DNA of 64,000 bases from Octopus vulgaris (GCA_951406725.2 OX597817.1:99076001-99140000); one strand, 5' to 3'. Shown: positions 34,800 to 48,414, counted from the stretch's first letter. Notes: a model not told the origin generated them from the sequence alone. A program made the numbers and translations.

Positions 34800-36057
34800 G
34801 TTTCTTCGAGACGCCTGTCACAGAGAAAGGTAAACGAATGGAGGCAAAACAACGAGAAAGGAACAAATAGAATTGAGATGAAACATGAGAAACGGTGAAA
34901 AAAAAGCAACTAGCGAAACCGACAAAATATGTTTGGGGACTGGTGCGTGTGCACAAAATGAGAAAAGCAAAAAAAAATTTTTTTTTTAATTGTGAGAACA
35001 ATTTTGTTAATCGTGTACTGTGTGCAGATCGAATTTTTTCCTGTTGCTGTTACGAGCAAAAATAACAGTTGCATTGCTGGAAAATGTGTTTTTTTCTGCT
35101 TGTTGAGACTTCGTTCGTATTCAGTTCAGCTAACTTATGAAGATAGTGACAGTGACAGTGGAGACACATCAATATAGTGGTGGCATTGGTGGCGAGAGAT
35201 AGTGTGACCTGCAGGTTGTATACTAGATGTGAAAATGACAGTGAAATGATTCACAAACAGTACTGTATACAAACCTGGGCGAGTTGCTGTGTACGTCTGT
35301 TGGCTGGCATGTTCGTTTTATTTTCAATGATCACCAATTGTAACAGGATGAAAGGTCTGTAACACTAGATGGGTGCAGCTCTCATCCTTTACATTAAAAT
35401 TATTAATCGAAGAAAAAGCCAAAACTTCCGATTATCAACAGCATAAATATCTTATTCCATGGATTCGCAATATATACATTCTTCTTTCAGGGCCAATCGG
35501 TAGCCTAGGAGCTCGTCACAGTAGTCAAGTGAAGTAAGCCAAATCCTGTCCGTTCAAGCATAGCGTAGCAACGCCACGATGTGCGGCTTGAGAGAGTTGC
35601 TAAAACACGTCCGTCCTGTTAGGCTGTCAGCATTCGAGAGACCGATACGCGGGAAATTTTGCTGCTGCTAGTTTTCTGCGCATGAGAATGAGGGAACGTC
35701 CGGCAGGCATCCCGGAAGAATGCAACTCAGCGCATGCATGCTGAAGATTTCCAAAATGGCGTCACTACAACTGACTGGTAGCAACGCCCGACATCGACAC
35801 TTTGAATCCACACCATTCTTTTAATTTCCATTAAAAATTATTATATTGTTATTGATATGAAAGAGAAATGTTAAAGGAATATATTGGTAAAGGTTTCGTA
35901 AAATTTTATCCATTAGAAAAAAAGATATTTAATTTTAATTCTCAAATTTTTATCAATTTTTGCGTGATATTAAAGGGACACGACTCAGATTTCTGCCACC
36001 CCACACGAATTTGGATGATCATAACGAAATTTTATACGAATATGTGTTATATTATGT

Positions 36058-36435
36058 AGGTGGAGGCGCAATGGCCCAGTGGTTAGGGCAGCGGACTCGC
36101 GGCTTCCATTCCCAGACCGGGCGTTGTGAGTGTTTATTGAGCGAAAACACCTAAAAGTTCCACGAGGCTCCGGCAGGGGATGGTGGTGATCCCTGCTGTA
36201 CTCTTTCACCACAACTTTCTCTCACTCTTACTTCCTATTTCTGTTGTACCTGTATTTCAAAGGGCCGGCCTTGTCACTCTCTGTGTCACGCTGAATATCC
36301 CCGAGAACTACGTTAAAGGTACACGTGTCTGTGGAGTGCTCAGCCACTTACACGTTAATTTCACGAGCAGGCTGTTCCGTTGATTCGGATCAACCGGAAC
36401 CCTCGTCGTCGTAACCGACGGAGTGCTTCCATCCA
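36058..36435 (+). mobile_element. tRNA-derived SINE (second family)
   Basis: tRNA-like head GGCGCAATGGCCCAGTGGTTAGGGCAGCGGACT. GC-rich body ending in CCATCCAT, inserted in AT-rich repeat. Confidence 0.65.
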
Positions 36436-37453
36436 TATTATGTAGATTCTGAATATACAAAATTTGGTGGGGGGGAGTGTTTTAGGGAGGGTGAGGTGAG
36501 GAATTTCGGAAAATTCATCGGAGTCCTCTTCAATTGGTCTTAACTTTCAAGAAAATGGATATTTTTTAATGAAATTCTCTATAAACATATGTAGATTCTA
36601 AGGGCATAGGAATTTGTGGGGAAAACAATTGGGGGTTATTCTTTAGCACTGTTCCCCACTCGGGGGTGTTTCAGAACAAGTCGTCTATATTTCCTTCTTT
36701 TTCTCCTTTTTGTACGATTGTTCATCCGTAGATTTCTACTGAAGCAACAAAGTAGCAATAAAAATAAATGAAGCCTTCATCAGAACACTCGTTGTGCTAA
36801 AAATAACAGCTAACGGTCTGGTACACAGAAATATGTTATTAAGACGACTTATCTGTTGCATGCGATTTTTTTTCCCACTTTAAGTAAATTCCCAAAAGAC
36901 ACCAGAAGCAAAAATAAGGAATATACACGCACAATTAGATATAGAATGTGTAAAGTATAATTTGTTACATAATCTCCATAATAAACATGATATTGAATGG
37001 AATAATTCACCATTTAAACTTTTAAAATTACGTGTGTGCGCGCGCGCATCTGTTTGTCTGTGCGTGGTAGAAATCTACGGATGCAAAAACGTACAGAACA
37101 GAGAAAATGAAACAAATATGGACATGTTCCGAAACACCCCCAGAGGGGGGAACAGTTCTCAGAAATAACCCCCAATTGTTTCCCCACACCCCACAAAAAT
37201 TGCTATGTCCTCGGAATCTACATAGTCCAAGGTATATTTGTAGAGAATTTCATTAAAAAATATCCATTTTCTTGAAAGCTAAGACATATAATGGGACTCG
37301 AAGGTTCATGATACCTGCGGAGTATCTCCTCCCATTATAATTATTTTCTGTAGTCTTAGGATTTGGAATTCAAAGAAGAAGCTTACAAGTGGATGCAATT
37401 CAATGGTTGTTTATTTTAGTTCTCATTCATGGGGTTCACTCCCGACAACCATC

Positions 37454-40433
37454 TGTATCGCAGCATTAGTTCGTTATAGTTCCGTTCATATGAGGCACAT
37501 TGCCTCTGGAGATAATGGGTAAAGTTAGAGCAGGTTAAAAATCTGCTCTGAGCTGCCAGTTTACAGCGTTATTCAGCGTGAGCAAGAACGCGAGAGAGAA
37601 TCACCTTAATACGCCTCCTTAAATAGATGTTGCCCACGAGAGCCTCGCTGTGGTCTCGCGCATGGTAAACATGATTGTAGGTGAAATGTCGCTCTTGTCT
37701 TGGACATGGTAATGACTGCCAGCGAGATCTTGCACAAAATGGCACTGGCTTCTTGTGTCAAGCTACAGGGGCTCCCCCCTGAGAACGCTAGTGCGAAATT
37801 AGAATGACTGGAGCATGCACAAGAAAGCAAAGATGGCCACCAATCACAAACAACAAGATGTGGTACAAAATATAATACAAAATGTGAAATTGAGAAAAAA
37901 TAATCACAAGCAATATAAAAGGAGCATGCACAAAATATTTTCTACAAAGTTCAGTGGTGAGGCATTGGTATTGTTCAGCACACGAGAAAACAATTGTCTG
38001 TCACAGGAAGAAAAAAGAAAAAAAAGGTTAGATGTAAATAGTTCTAGTGAGTTTTTTGGGCGAATGCACAGTGCAGCCTGTCCTGGTGATATAAGGTTTG
38101 TTCGTGTTGGGTAGTAGCGACAAAGGTGGAGGTGTAGGTGATGGTATGATAAAAGTACATATGCAGGTGGATGTGTAGGTGGTTGTAAAAGATCAAAAGT
38201 TGGCGTGGTTGGGGTGTCATCAAAGGGTGTGGACACCTCCAAATGTGCCCTTTTAAGTCTGTTGACCAACACAGTCTCTGCCCAACCAGTGATGTCGAGA
38301 CTAAAAGTTTTGGGTGTGCGCGATAGCACACGAAATGGTTCCTTATAAGGAGAAATGAAAGGTCCCTTGACAGAATCATCCCAAACAAAAACATGAGTCC
38401 ATTTGTCAATGTCTGGTGGGACGTGAGAAGGAATAGACTGGTCATATGGATGCATGGGTGGAAGACTTGAGAAATACGAGCGAAGTCTGGTGACATACGA
38501 CATTGGATCAAGATACGATAAATTGTCTGGCGCCAACATTGTGCCAAGAAGTGCCAGGATGGTACCGTAAAAGAGTTCAGCAGATGAGAAACCTAAGTCT
38601 GTTTTAACAGCAGTGCGACAACCAAGAAGAACGATAGGCAAGAATTCTGTCCAAGACAGTGGTGCGAAGAGCAACCTTCAGTTGCCTGGGAAAACGTTCG
38701 ACCATCCCATTGGGAGCTGGATGGTAGCTGGTCATATGAATGTGATGAACACCTAGGATTCGCAACAATTCACGAAATAAGGAAGCTTTGAACTGGTGTC
38801 CATGATCAGTGGTTATTTTAGCTGGGACTCCAAAGCGAGCAATCCAGTCAGAAACGAAAGCCCAAGCAACTGACTCAGTGGAAATGTCCACTATTGGAAT
38901 GGCTTCAGGCCAATGAGAGAAACGATCAACGCATGTCAATATGTAAGAGAACCTGCGACAGGCTATGGTCCAACCAGATCAATGTGGACATGGTGAAAGT
39001 GAGTCTCCGGAGGAGAAAACTGTCCAAGAGGAGCGCAACTGTGCCTGTGGACTTTAGAACGCTGGCATTTCACACAAGAGCATGCCCAAGCGGTGATCAT
39101 GCAGCCAGAAAAACCACAAGCCATAATAAGCTTCACTGAGGCAGCGATGCCAGGGTGCGACAGTGAATGCAAGGCATCGAAAACAGAATGCTGGTGGGTC
39201 ACAGGCACAAACGGTCTGGGAGAACCAGTAGCTGTGTCACAAAGGATTGTGACTTCAGCAGACAGAAGTGGAAGATAGGCAAACTTGCAACAGGACAGCT
39301 TGGTGGAAGTTAGATCCAATGTGTCCAGAGCTGGCTGATCCTGCGCAATGGCAGTTAAATCGATTGTGACAGGAGTTGAAATAGAACATACAGGAAAACG
39401 AGAGTGTATCAGCAGGCATGTTCTCTGTTCCAGGTATATGCCAAATCTCACTCGTGAACTGGGAAATGTAGTCCAGGTGACAGAAAGCACAAGGCGAGTG
39501 TTTATCCGATTTAGATGACAGAGCAAACGTAAGAGGCTTGTGATCAGTATAAATTACAAAATCCCGACCTTCGAGTTGATGCTGAAAGTGACAAATTGAC
39601 TGGTAGATCACTAAGAGTTCATGATCAAACATACTGTGATGATACTTGGCTGGCTGTAATTGACGAGAAAAAAATGCCAAAGGCCGAGTTTGATTGTCGA
39701 TGGTATGTTGCAAAACAGCACCAACTGCAGAATCCAATTATATCAACTGTTAAAGAGAGACAAGCATAAAGAGCCAGACGTGCAAGCAAGGGAACAGAAG
39801 CTATTTCCTTCTTAATTTACTCAAAAGAAGATAATGCCTTTGCAGATAGAGTGATAGGAGCATCTCTTTTTGTATTTGCTTTCAGTAGTTGAGTCAGTGG
39901 AAGTAACTTGTCTGCACATTTATGTATGAATCTTCCATAGAAGTTGACTATTCCCAAAAAGTGATGCAATTGGCGTAGAGAAGTGGGAGGTGAGATGTGT
40001 TGAATTGCATCGACTTTAGAGGAGAGATGTCAGATACCATTAGAGTCAATATAATGACCTAGGAATTCCAGAGAGGCCTTTCCAAAAACACACTTATCGG
40101 GGTTGGTTCGCACATTGTAGGTAGCGCGTACATAGTTCATTATAGCTCCATTCAAGTGAGGTACATTACCTCTGGAGATAATGAGTAAAGTTAGAGCAGG
40201 TTAAAAATCTGCTCTGAGCTGCCAGTTTGCAGTGTTGTTCAGCGTAAGCGTGGATGCAAAAGAGAATCACCTTAATATGTCTCCTTAAATAGATGTTGCC
40301 CACGAGAGCCTCGCTGTGGTCTCTCACATGGCAAATATGGTTGTAGGCAAGATCTCACTCTTGTCTTGGACATGGTAATGACTGCCGGTGAGATCTCACA
40401 CAAAAGGGTGCTGGCTTCTTGTGTTACGCTACA
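37454..40433 (-). mobile_element. Gypsy (CsRn1-like) element lacking gag, protease and most of RT
   Basis: Diverged LTRs 37454-37767 and 40120-40433, PPT AGGGGGAGCCCC. RNase H (DSAVGAVL, TDHKPL) and integrase (HSLSHPG..C.KC, HVHIDLVGP, ITTDHG, NGMVERF) fragments. Confidence 0.88.
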
Positions 40434-40814
40434 GACGAATTAAAGTAGACTCCGGTGAATTTCCCAAAATTCCTCACCCCCACCCTCTCCTAAAACACTT
40501 TTCCCCCAAAATTATATTGAAAATCTACATGACATAACACATATTCGGAGAAAATTTCATTAAAAAAATATCCATTTTTCTGAATCTTATGATCATCCAA
40601 AGTCGGGTGGGGGTGAGCAGAAATCTAACAAAAGATAAAAGACAACACAAATCGACACAAGGTTCTAATATTTATTTTCATTAGTCTAAATTATTTTTTA
40701 TAAAAAATGGAATTTTTTTACTTAATTTTTTTTTTGTAGTAAGGCTTTTTAAAGTCCATTTTTGAATAAATTATCTTAATAACAAGATTATTTATTAATT
40801 TTTTAAAAAATTTT

Positions 40815-41155
40815 GTGACTATGAGCAGTACTGAATCATGTAGCAGGGCTGTTCAGAAAAGGCAAATGACAAAAATTCAAATATTTTCACAGTCAATATT
40901 GTGGCTTTGTCTCTATGAGCAGTACTGAAGTCTCTAGTAAGGCTGTTCAGAAAAGGCAAATGCTACTTGTAATTATATTCTGTTCAATATTAATTTAATT
41001 TAATTTATTTAAAATAAAGTCATTTTGTTAAACTTGTATCCTCATTTTTATTTTTTCATTATTTCAAAAATTCTTTAAATATATTCATTTGTAACTTTGT
41101 CTCTGTACAGAACTGAAATTACAGTCCATACATTATGTCCAGAAATGGCAAAGTT
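40815..41155 (+). repeat. Imperfect direct repeats (2-3 copies)
   Basis: CTATGAGCAGTACTGAA...GGCTGTTCAGAAAAGGCAAATG at ~40819 and ~40913, with a diverged copy at ~41102. Confidence 0.7.
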
Positions 41156-41330
41156 GAAATGATTATCATTCATTTTTAATTTAATTTCTAAATGAGAATT
41201 AGTCAAATGAAAAAATCAAAATTTTGTTTGAATTTTCTTGGAAATCTTTGAATTCAAAGTGACTGCAAAAATGGTAATTTTATATATTTTTCATTAAAAT
41301 TTTACTGTTACTGCAATGCCTGTAAAACAC

Positions 41331-41694
41331 TGGACTAGCCAATGAAAATGCGAATGCATACTAACAATATTCTTAACAATTAAACCTGGAAAAGTAGAGG
41401 AAAAGAAAAAACTCATTAAAATTAGAGCTCAAAATATTGCTGCTAAAATTAAAACTTAAAATGTTTTTATTAATTCATTTAGTACAAAAAATAAAATTAA
41501 AATAAAAAAAGGAAAGGTGAAATTAAATGAATTTTTAAAAAAAGATGGAAAAGTACGTAAGAGGTACATTTTAATGTTAATTTTAGCAGCAATATTTTAA
41601 GCTCTAATTCTAATGAGATTTTTCTTGTCCTCTACTTTTCCAGGTTTAATTGTTAATAATATTGTTTGTATGCATCTGAATTTTTCATTGGTTA

Positions 41695-41699
<5 letters not shown>
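41331..41699. repeat. Diverged fold-back (~135-bp arms) next to (TA)n
   Basis: 41331-41465 is inversely similar to 41566-41699 (AACAATTAAACCTGGAAAAGTAGAGGA/TCCTCTACTTTTCCAGGTTTAATTGTT). Confidence 0.85.
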
Positions 41700-41731
<32 letters not shown>

Positions 41732-41734
<3 letters not shown>

Positions 41735-43040
41735 GAGGTGGTACCAAAAGTTTCCTAGACTTGTTATGTTTAATAAAAAATAACTTATTTACTTAAAATT
41801 TTAATATCATCTCCTTCAAAATAGTCACCTTGCGCAGCAATATACCCGTCCAAGCATTTCTGCCACTTTTAGTATCTGGCCTGGTAGTCATTTTCTGCAA
41901 GCAAGTCAAGGACTTTCTGCAATTCTCTGTTGGTCTTCACAACGATATTAAAACAGCAACCTTTGAGCTGCATTTTCCAATTGGGGAAGAGATTGAAGTC
42001 CACAGGTGCTAAATCTGGTGAATAGGGCAGGTGCAGAAGTGATACCATGTTGCCTTTGGCAAGAAACTCACAAGTGAGGAGAGCTTGGTGACAGAGTGCA
42101 TTGTTGTCCAAAAGAATTCAATTCTTTGCACTCCACAGATCCAGTCACTTTCCTCAAACACTTCAAATGTCTCAAACGCTTCAATGTCACAGTAGAACTT
42201 TCAATTGATGCTTTGGCCCTGGGGAACGAATTCTTGATACGCAATACCACAGATGTCAAAAAAACAATGAGCATACTCTTGATTGAGCTGTGGCTCTGCC
42301 GTGCTTTATTTGGTCATGGAGATGAAGGTCCCTTCCATTGTGATGACTGCTGTTTCGTCTCGGGATTGTACCCGTAAACCCAACTCTCATCACTTGTGAT
42401 GATCCTCAACATGAAGGATGGGTCATCAGTGGCATGCTGATGGAGATCTTGACAGATTTTGATGAGATGTTCTTTCTGTTCAGTGGTCAGTAAGCGGGGG
42501 ACAAACTTGGCAGAGATAGCCACATGTTCAGTTCAGATGTTAGGATTGCCTGCATGAACCCATATGACAGACCAACAATCAGCAATGTCATTGATTGTCC
42601 TCTGGCAATCCTCATTTCTCCACATTCCTGGGGTTGACACTTGTAGCAGGTCTTCTAGATCGCTTGTTGTCTTCCAGGGACGTTCTTCCACTTTTGAAGT
42701 GCCTGTGCCACTCAAAGCATTGCATATGACCCATTGCCTCATCGCCATAAGCTTGTCAAAGCATACTCAATGTCTCTGTAGCAAACTTTCCAAGTTTAAC
42801 ACAAAATTTCACATTGGCTCTTTGTTCCAACTTTCTGTCCATGACAAATTCGCAGACTACAACATATATGTGATCACAGAAACACAAATTTCACAACTTA
42901 CGAGGTAAACACAGTGATGTCACTCAGCACACTGCCTCATGAAGGGCACTGCTAGCTCTCACTGTGCATGCAACCATGTGCTGTCATCTGTTGGTGTGCT
43001 ACAGAACTAGTCTGGTAACTTTTTGATACCACTTCACATA
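41732..43040 (-). mobile_element. Decayed mariner transposon
   Basis: AKFVPRLLT, IITSDESWVYGY and PYSPDLAPVDF. Termini CGAGGTGGTACCAAAAGTT and AACTTTTTGATACCACTTC in a TA context. Confidence 0.88.
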
Positions 43041-43822
43041 TATATATGTATATATTACCATAATATTAGCACCAAGCAGTGTTTAGGCATAAGCCAATGG
43101 TTCCCAAACAGTGTAGTGCACCTCATGAGTGCAGCAGAAGAGTATAGCAAGTGAGGTGGAATGATTGAAAGACAATGAAACATTCAGAAACAGTTTCAAA
43201 AAATGTATCTTATTTCTTTTCTTTTTCCTACTTGATACCCTTCATGAATGCTGTTTCATACATTTCTTTTTCTTTTTTTCCCTCTCCCACTGCCACTAAT
43301 TCAATTCTATTTTTTTTTCATTCTCTTCTTTTTTTAACTAGCAACAGTAAATGTTGTGTAGAGAAACATATTAACACAAACGCAAGGGGATGTATTGTGT
43401 ATATATATATGCATGTAGATATTTATATTTGCCTGTATATGTATGTATCAGCTTCTGTATGTGTTTGCATATATATGTTCATATATGTTTTAGTATGTGT
43501 GTGTTTTGTATGTATGTGAATAACGTGTGTCAATATTTTTATGCTTTTAGACTTCTGTAAATAAATATTTTATTAAAAACAAACTTACTTTATATTAATT
43601 AAACATATTTATCATTAATTAATTTACTCTGGGTATGTATGTTTTTCCTTTTAAACTATTTATTTTGATTTAAGGTTTTCTTTGATTTTACACAATATAT
43701 TTAAGCCTTTTAATTTTTGATGTTTTTATTTAGATCACTGTTTTTAAAAAAACATGACAAATCAGATTCAAATGTATATCTGTCAATGTAAATTTATTCT
43801 TAATTCTTCCATTCTCAATCAC

Positions 43823-43864
43823 AACTGTCTGACGAATGGGAACATGAAACTCTGAGCAGCAGTT
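43823..43864 (+). ncRNA. Compact type I hammerhead motif with one core substitution
   Basis: AACTGT-CTGACGA-ATG-GGAA-CAT-GAAA-CTCTGAG-CA-GCAGTT. The conserved U before the cleavage site is C. Outer TCACA/TGTGA pairing. Confidence 0.7.
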
Positions 43865-44011
43865 TTTGTGATATTTTGAGATATTTTGGTAGCTTTAATA
43901 ATAAAGTATATACAGGGTGCAGCAGAAAGGTTGCCCCAATTTCAAAAGTAAATAAAAAAAAAACACATGAAGATGCATGAAAAAACTTTGTATTTCTATG
44001 AAGTTCATTAA

Positions 44012-44230
44012 CCCTTTAGTGTTCAGATTATTCTATCAAACATAATGCTTAATGATTCCCATTGATTTGAATTAATCATGCATTATCTCATATCTTCAAG
44101 ATCTTGATGGTGTAATTACCTAATGTAGAATAACATTGTAGGGTAGGTGTGAGAGCCTGGATCTGGTCAGTTTGAACATAAAACAGATTAAACATTTTGG
44201 CCGGATATGGCCGGTTTAAATACTAAAGGG
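44012..44230. mobile_element. piggyBac-like MITE
   Basis: TTAA TSD (44008-44011, 44231-44234) and TIR CCCTTTAGT/ACTAAAGGG. Confidence 0.75.
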
Positions 44231-44276
44231 TTAAATACCATTTCTTTTTCTGTTTCAGGTAGTACCCACCATGCCC

Positions 44277-44776
44277 TGTAGTGGAGAGTGTAAAGGAACT
44301 GGTTGTGTCTTTACACTGTTTGGGTGCAACGCAATTTCCTTTTTTGTTTCCAGAAACTACCAGTCAGGAACAAGAAAGCAACCTTGAAAAATATATGACT
44401 CTTTATTTTCTTATTTACAAAAAAAAGGCACGTTGGTATATTGGTAACCACTTGGTGTCGGTACAGCAAGGCTGAAGTTTAACACTTGTAAGATAAACCT
44501 CACAACTAATTCAGCAGCAACAGAGCAGGTCAAATCCCAAGCGTCTGGGACAGGAGAATAGGCTAATCACACGTTTAAACACGTCCTCTCTCTTCAATAG
44601 CTGTGCCTCAAGTCACTGACGCTAACAAGGAATGCGATAGAATTTTTTTTTCCCAGTTTTTAGCGCATGTGCATGAGGGAACTTCCTTAGGCCTTTCCAG
44701 AAGGTTCCAGCCCTGCACACGCACACTGAAGAATGACGTCCCGCACACACACACACTGGAAAATGACATCACTACA
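44277..44776. mobile_element. Probable solo LTR (500 bp)
   Basis: TGTAGTG...CACTACA termini. It interrupts the 5' end of the transposase just after ATGCCC. No TSD seen. Confidence 0.5.
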
Positions 44777-45944
44777 AGAGCTTCATGCATTTGTTGTTGA
44801 AGAGTTTGTTAAGAATGGTGAACCCATCGTAATGATACAACATTCCTTCTGAAGACACTTTGCGCTTTGTCATCATGATCCTATACCATTCATGATCCCA
44901 TACCATTCATCAGTGGGTTTCCAACATTAGACAAACATCATCAGCTTTAAACAGGAAAAGTCCTGGCTGTTCTAAGACTGCTACAGGGCCAGAAAATGCT
45001 GTAGCTGTAGTAGCTTCAATATGCATCTGCCTTACACATGTCTGATCAAAGTGTCCGCAAAATCTTACACACGTCTCTCCACATGCATCCATACAAGATA
45101 ATGGTTGTACAGGAGTTAAGCAAGAGAGATTATGAAATCCACGCAACTTTGTATCGAGATATCCTCCAGACCATCCTCTTAACAGCTGTTCTGATCTGCA
45201 GTGATGAAGCTCACTTCCATTTCTTGGAGATGGTTAATAAACAAAACTTTTGATACTGGTCAAACAATAACCTTCGTGAACTCCATGAATGACCACTCTA
45301 CAATGCGAAGGTTACCATCTGGTGTGCCATGGGTGATTTCAGCATGTGGGGTCCTTATTTTCTTGAAGAGGAAGGTGATTCAGTAACTGCTACATCGGAC
45401 CACTGTTGTGAACTGCTTGAAAGATTTCTCACCAATCATGATCTAGATGATCTATGGTTTCAACAAGACGGTGCCACATCATATACCTCTCAATATTGAT
45501 TCAGAGTCCTTTGTGACATGTTTCTGGGTCATCTTGTTTCTCTGCAAGGTGATCTTGGGTGGCCCCCACATTCCCCGGATTTAATCCCATGTGATTTTTT
45601 TTCTATGGGGGCATCTCAAATCACAAGTGTATCAACACCGGTCAGCAACTGTAGAAGGTTTAAAGACAGCAATAACTCAGAAATCAATGCAATTCAATAG
45701 GACATGGTTCAAAGGGCTATAGTGAACTTTCAAGAGAGACTTCAAAACTGCATCAATATTGGCGGTCGCCACATAAGTGATACAATTTTCAAAACCACTT
45801 GAATCACAATGGCATTTAATGTACTTTATAGAAATACAAATTTTTTTCTTGTATCTTCTTGTTTGTTATATATTAACCTTTGAAATCAAGGTAACCTTTC
45901 TGCTGCACCCTAAATATATGTATGTATATTCCTTTATCATATTA

Positions 45945-46148
45945 TTTGTTTCAGTCATTTGACTGTGGGCATACTGAAGCACTGCCTTTAGTCAAACAAA
46001 TCAATCCCAGGACTTATTCTTTGTAAGCCCATTACTTATTCTACTGATCTCTTTGCTGAACCGCTACATTACGGGGACATAAACACCAGCATCGGTTGTC
46101 AAGCAATGGTGGGCTGACAGACAGACAGACACACACACACACACACAC

Positions 46149-46207
<59 letters not shown>

Positions 46208-46362
46208 GCTTCTTTCAGTTTCCGTCTTCCAAATCCACTCACAGGGCTTTGGTCAGCCCAAGGCTATAGTAGACGACACTTGCCCAAGGTGCTACGCACT
46301 GGGACTGAACCCGGAACCATGTGGTTGGTAAGGAAGCGACTTACCACACAGCCCCTCCTGCA
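45945..46362 (-). mobile_element. tRNA-derived SINE (same family as 16040-16450)
   Basis: Reverse complement of the same consensus. Confidence 0.85.
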
Positions 46363-46381
46363 CCTGCTTTCCATGTATGTA

Positions 46382-47672
46382 TTGGGTTGGCAACTAAGTT
46401 TCCGCCATTTTTTAAACTTTGGAATTTATTGTGTTAAATTTTGGAATCTATTTTTTCTGAGAATTCTATTTTTGAATCATTTTGAAATCTATTTTGTGTT
46501 TTTTTTTCTAGTTAATTTTAGTTAATTTTTGTTTATTTTCAGCTCATTAAAATGGAATGTCAAGTTAAGAAAAACGAGCATTTTTGACACCTCCTTCTTT
46601 GTTGCTTTTAATCAAGGTTCTAAGGCCACAAAAGCTGCTCACGACATTTATACTGTATATGGAGAGGGTGCCATAGCTGAAAGAACCACTTGTGATTTGT
46701 ATGCCAAGTTCAAAAATGGAAATTTTGACCTCAAAGATGCAACTCGTTCTGGCCATCCAGTTGAGTTAGATGAAGAGCGATTAAACCATCTTTTGCATGA
46801 AAATTCTCGTCAAATGACAAGGAAACTGGCAGAGAAAATGGAATGCTCCAACACTGCTATAGAGAAGCATCTTCACCCGGTGGGAAAGGTTCAGAAGTAT
46901 GGAGCATGGGTTCTGCATCCTTTAAGTGACAACAACAAAAATCAACGAGCCACAATCTCCGCTGGTTTGCTTGCTCGTCACCAATCAACTCATGGACACT
47001 AGCAACAATTTATTTATTGAATCATTACTGGTGATGAAAAATGGTGCCTTTAGATCAATATGAAGCAGTGTAAGGAATGGTTTAGCCCCAGTAAACAAGC
47101 AACACCGCGCAAGAAACAAGATCTTCATCCGCATAAAGCGATGTTGTGCGTATGGTGGGACTGGGAAGGGATTATCCATTATGAATTGCTAGTACGGAAC
47201 CAAACGGTGAATGTGGAGCTCTATGTTCAACAGATGGAACGACTCAACACAGCTATTCAAGAGAAAAGACCTAATCGGCAGCATGGAGTTCTGCTGCACA
47301 ACAATGCCCATCCTCATATTGCCAATATGACCAAGGAAGCAATTCAAACGCATGACTGGGAAGTGCTGCCACAACCGCCGTACTCTCCTGATTTGGCACC
47401 AACAGATTTCCACCTCTTTTGATCTCTTTCAAATGCTATGCACAGAGTTTCGTTTAATACTAATGCAGAATTGAGAGCTTGGTTGGATCAATTTTTCGAG
47501 TCAAAATTGGGTGATTTCTACCAACGAGGTATTGAAAATCTTGTTGAACACTGGGAAGAAGTTGTAAACAACAAGGGTAAATACGTTATTGATTAATTAG
47601 TTGTTATATTTTATTAAACCTTTTAAAAAATCTAAAGTTTAAAAAATGGAATGAACTTAGTTGCCAACCTAA
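46382..47672 (+). mobile_element. Full-length decayed mariner (~1.29 kb)
   Basis: TIRs TTGGGTTGGCAACTAAGTT and AACTTAGTTGCCAACCTAA, TA TSD. WVLHPL, ITGDEKW, LHNNAHPH and PYSPDLAPTDFHLF, with stop codons. Confidence 0.92.
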
Positions 47673-48414
47673 TATATACATGTGTGTGTGTCCACATTTG
47701 TAGCGGCACAAGCAGTTACCACCATATTGGATGAGATTTTACAAGCAACCATTGTCATCTCCGAGACTGGGGCAAGATCTCACCTGCATCCATTTGCTAT
47801 GCACAAGATCATAACAAGGCTTGTGATGACAAACTGGATATACGGGTCCAACAAACAGATTCTCTCTCTTCTTCCCCACAAGTGCTCGCTGAACACACAC
47901 ATATTCGCTGGCTGGGTCTCCAGGCTAGTCCTGTCAGCATGTCGTATCTCCAGAAGTAATGGGCCTACATTAACGGAAATACAATGAGACGTACACTGAT
48001 TGAGATGGTCTACTGAGAGCGACACCCATCATGTATTCTGTGTAACTATGTAAATAAAACTGGTTGTGAATTGCATTTTCCCTTGGGACTTCTTTCCTCG
48101 CTTGCTGAAACCTGAAACAACACAAAGAACAATTTTAATGGGAGCGGGTGATATTCATCCAATATCATGAACCTTGCCTCCCATTATATATATAAAGGAA
48201 TACCAAAAATGGGACAAGAACGCAAAACATCCAGACAGTCAAATGATACAAAAAGGGACAACAAAACATTCAGACAGACGATACAAAAAAAACAAGGATG
48301 GGTCATTCGGAGTTTTCTTTCTTCAGTCAAGTTCCAGATTATCTTTGCAATTTCGGCTGGTTATAAAACTAGCAGAGATACCCAGCCTTGCTCGAGATTA
48401 AAATGGTATAGTTT

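Larger units (their letters stand above)
30669..35769 (-). mobile_element. Decayed Ty3/Gypsy LTR retrotransposon, CsRn1-like clade
   Basis: LTRs 30669-31089 and 35339-35769, 4-bp TSD ACTG, PPT GAGGGGAGCC. The Gag C-terminus has the CHCC motif C*YHSKFADKARKCIQPC characteristic of CsRn1. Confidence 0.93.
35900..40660. mobile_element. Old element with long imperfect inverted repeats, hosting a SINE and an LTR element
   Basis: 35900-36057 plus 36436-36742 are inversely similar to 37067-37285 plus 40434-40630 (e.g. GGGGTGTTTCAGAAC/GTTCCGAAACACCCC and CATCCGTAGATTTCTAC/GTAGAAATCTACGGATG). Confidence 0.55.
43913..45912 (+). mobile_element. Decayed Tc1/mariner-superfamily transposon with two nested insertions
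   Basis: TIRs CAGGGTGCAGCAGAAAGGTT and AACCTTTCTGCTGCACCCT. Motifs CSDEAHFH, WFQQDGATS and WPPHSPDLIPCDFF. Confidence 0.88.

Noticed and set aside
36060-36125. tRNA gene
   Set aside because: No complete cloverleaf. It continues into a repeat body, so it is treated as a SINE head.
36718-36790. Minus-strand TGTT-CTGATGA...GAAA-TCTACGGA-TG-AACA hammerhead look-alike
   Set aside because: The cleavage position is G, stem II does not abut GAAA, and the 3' half belongs to an inverted repeat also present at 37067-37090.
47680-48125. Possible solo LTR (AATAAA near the end, TG/CA-like termini)
   Set aside because: No clear termini, TSD or second copy in the window.
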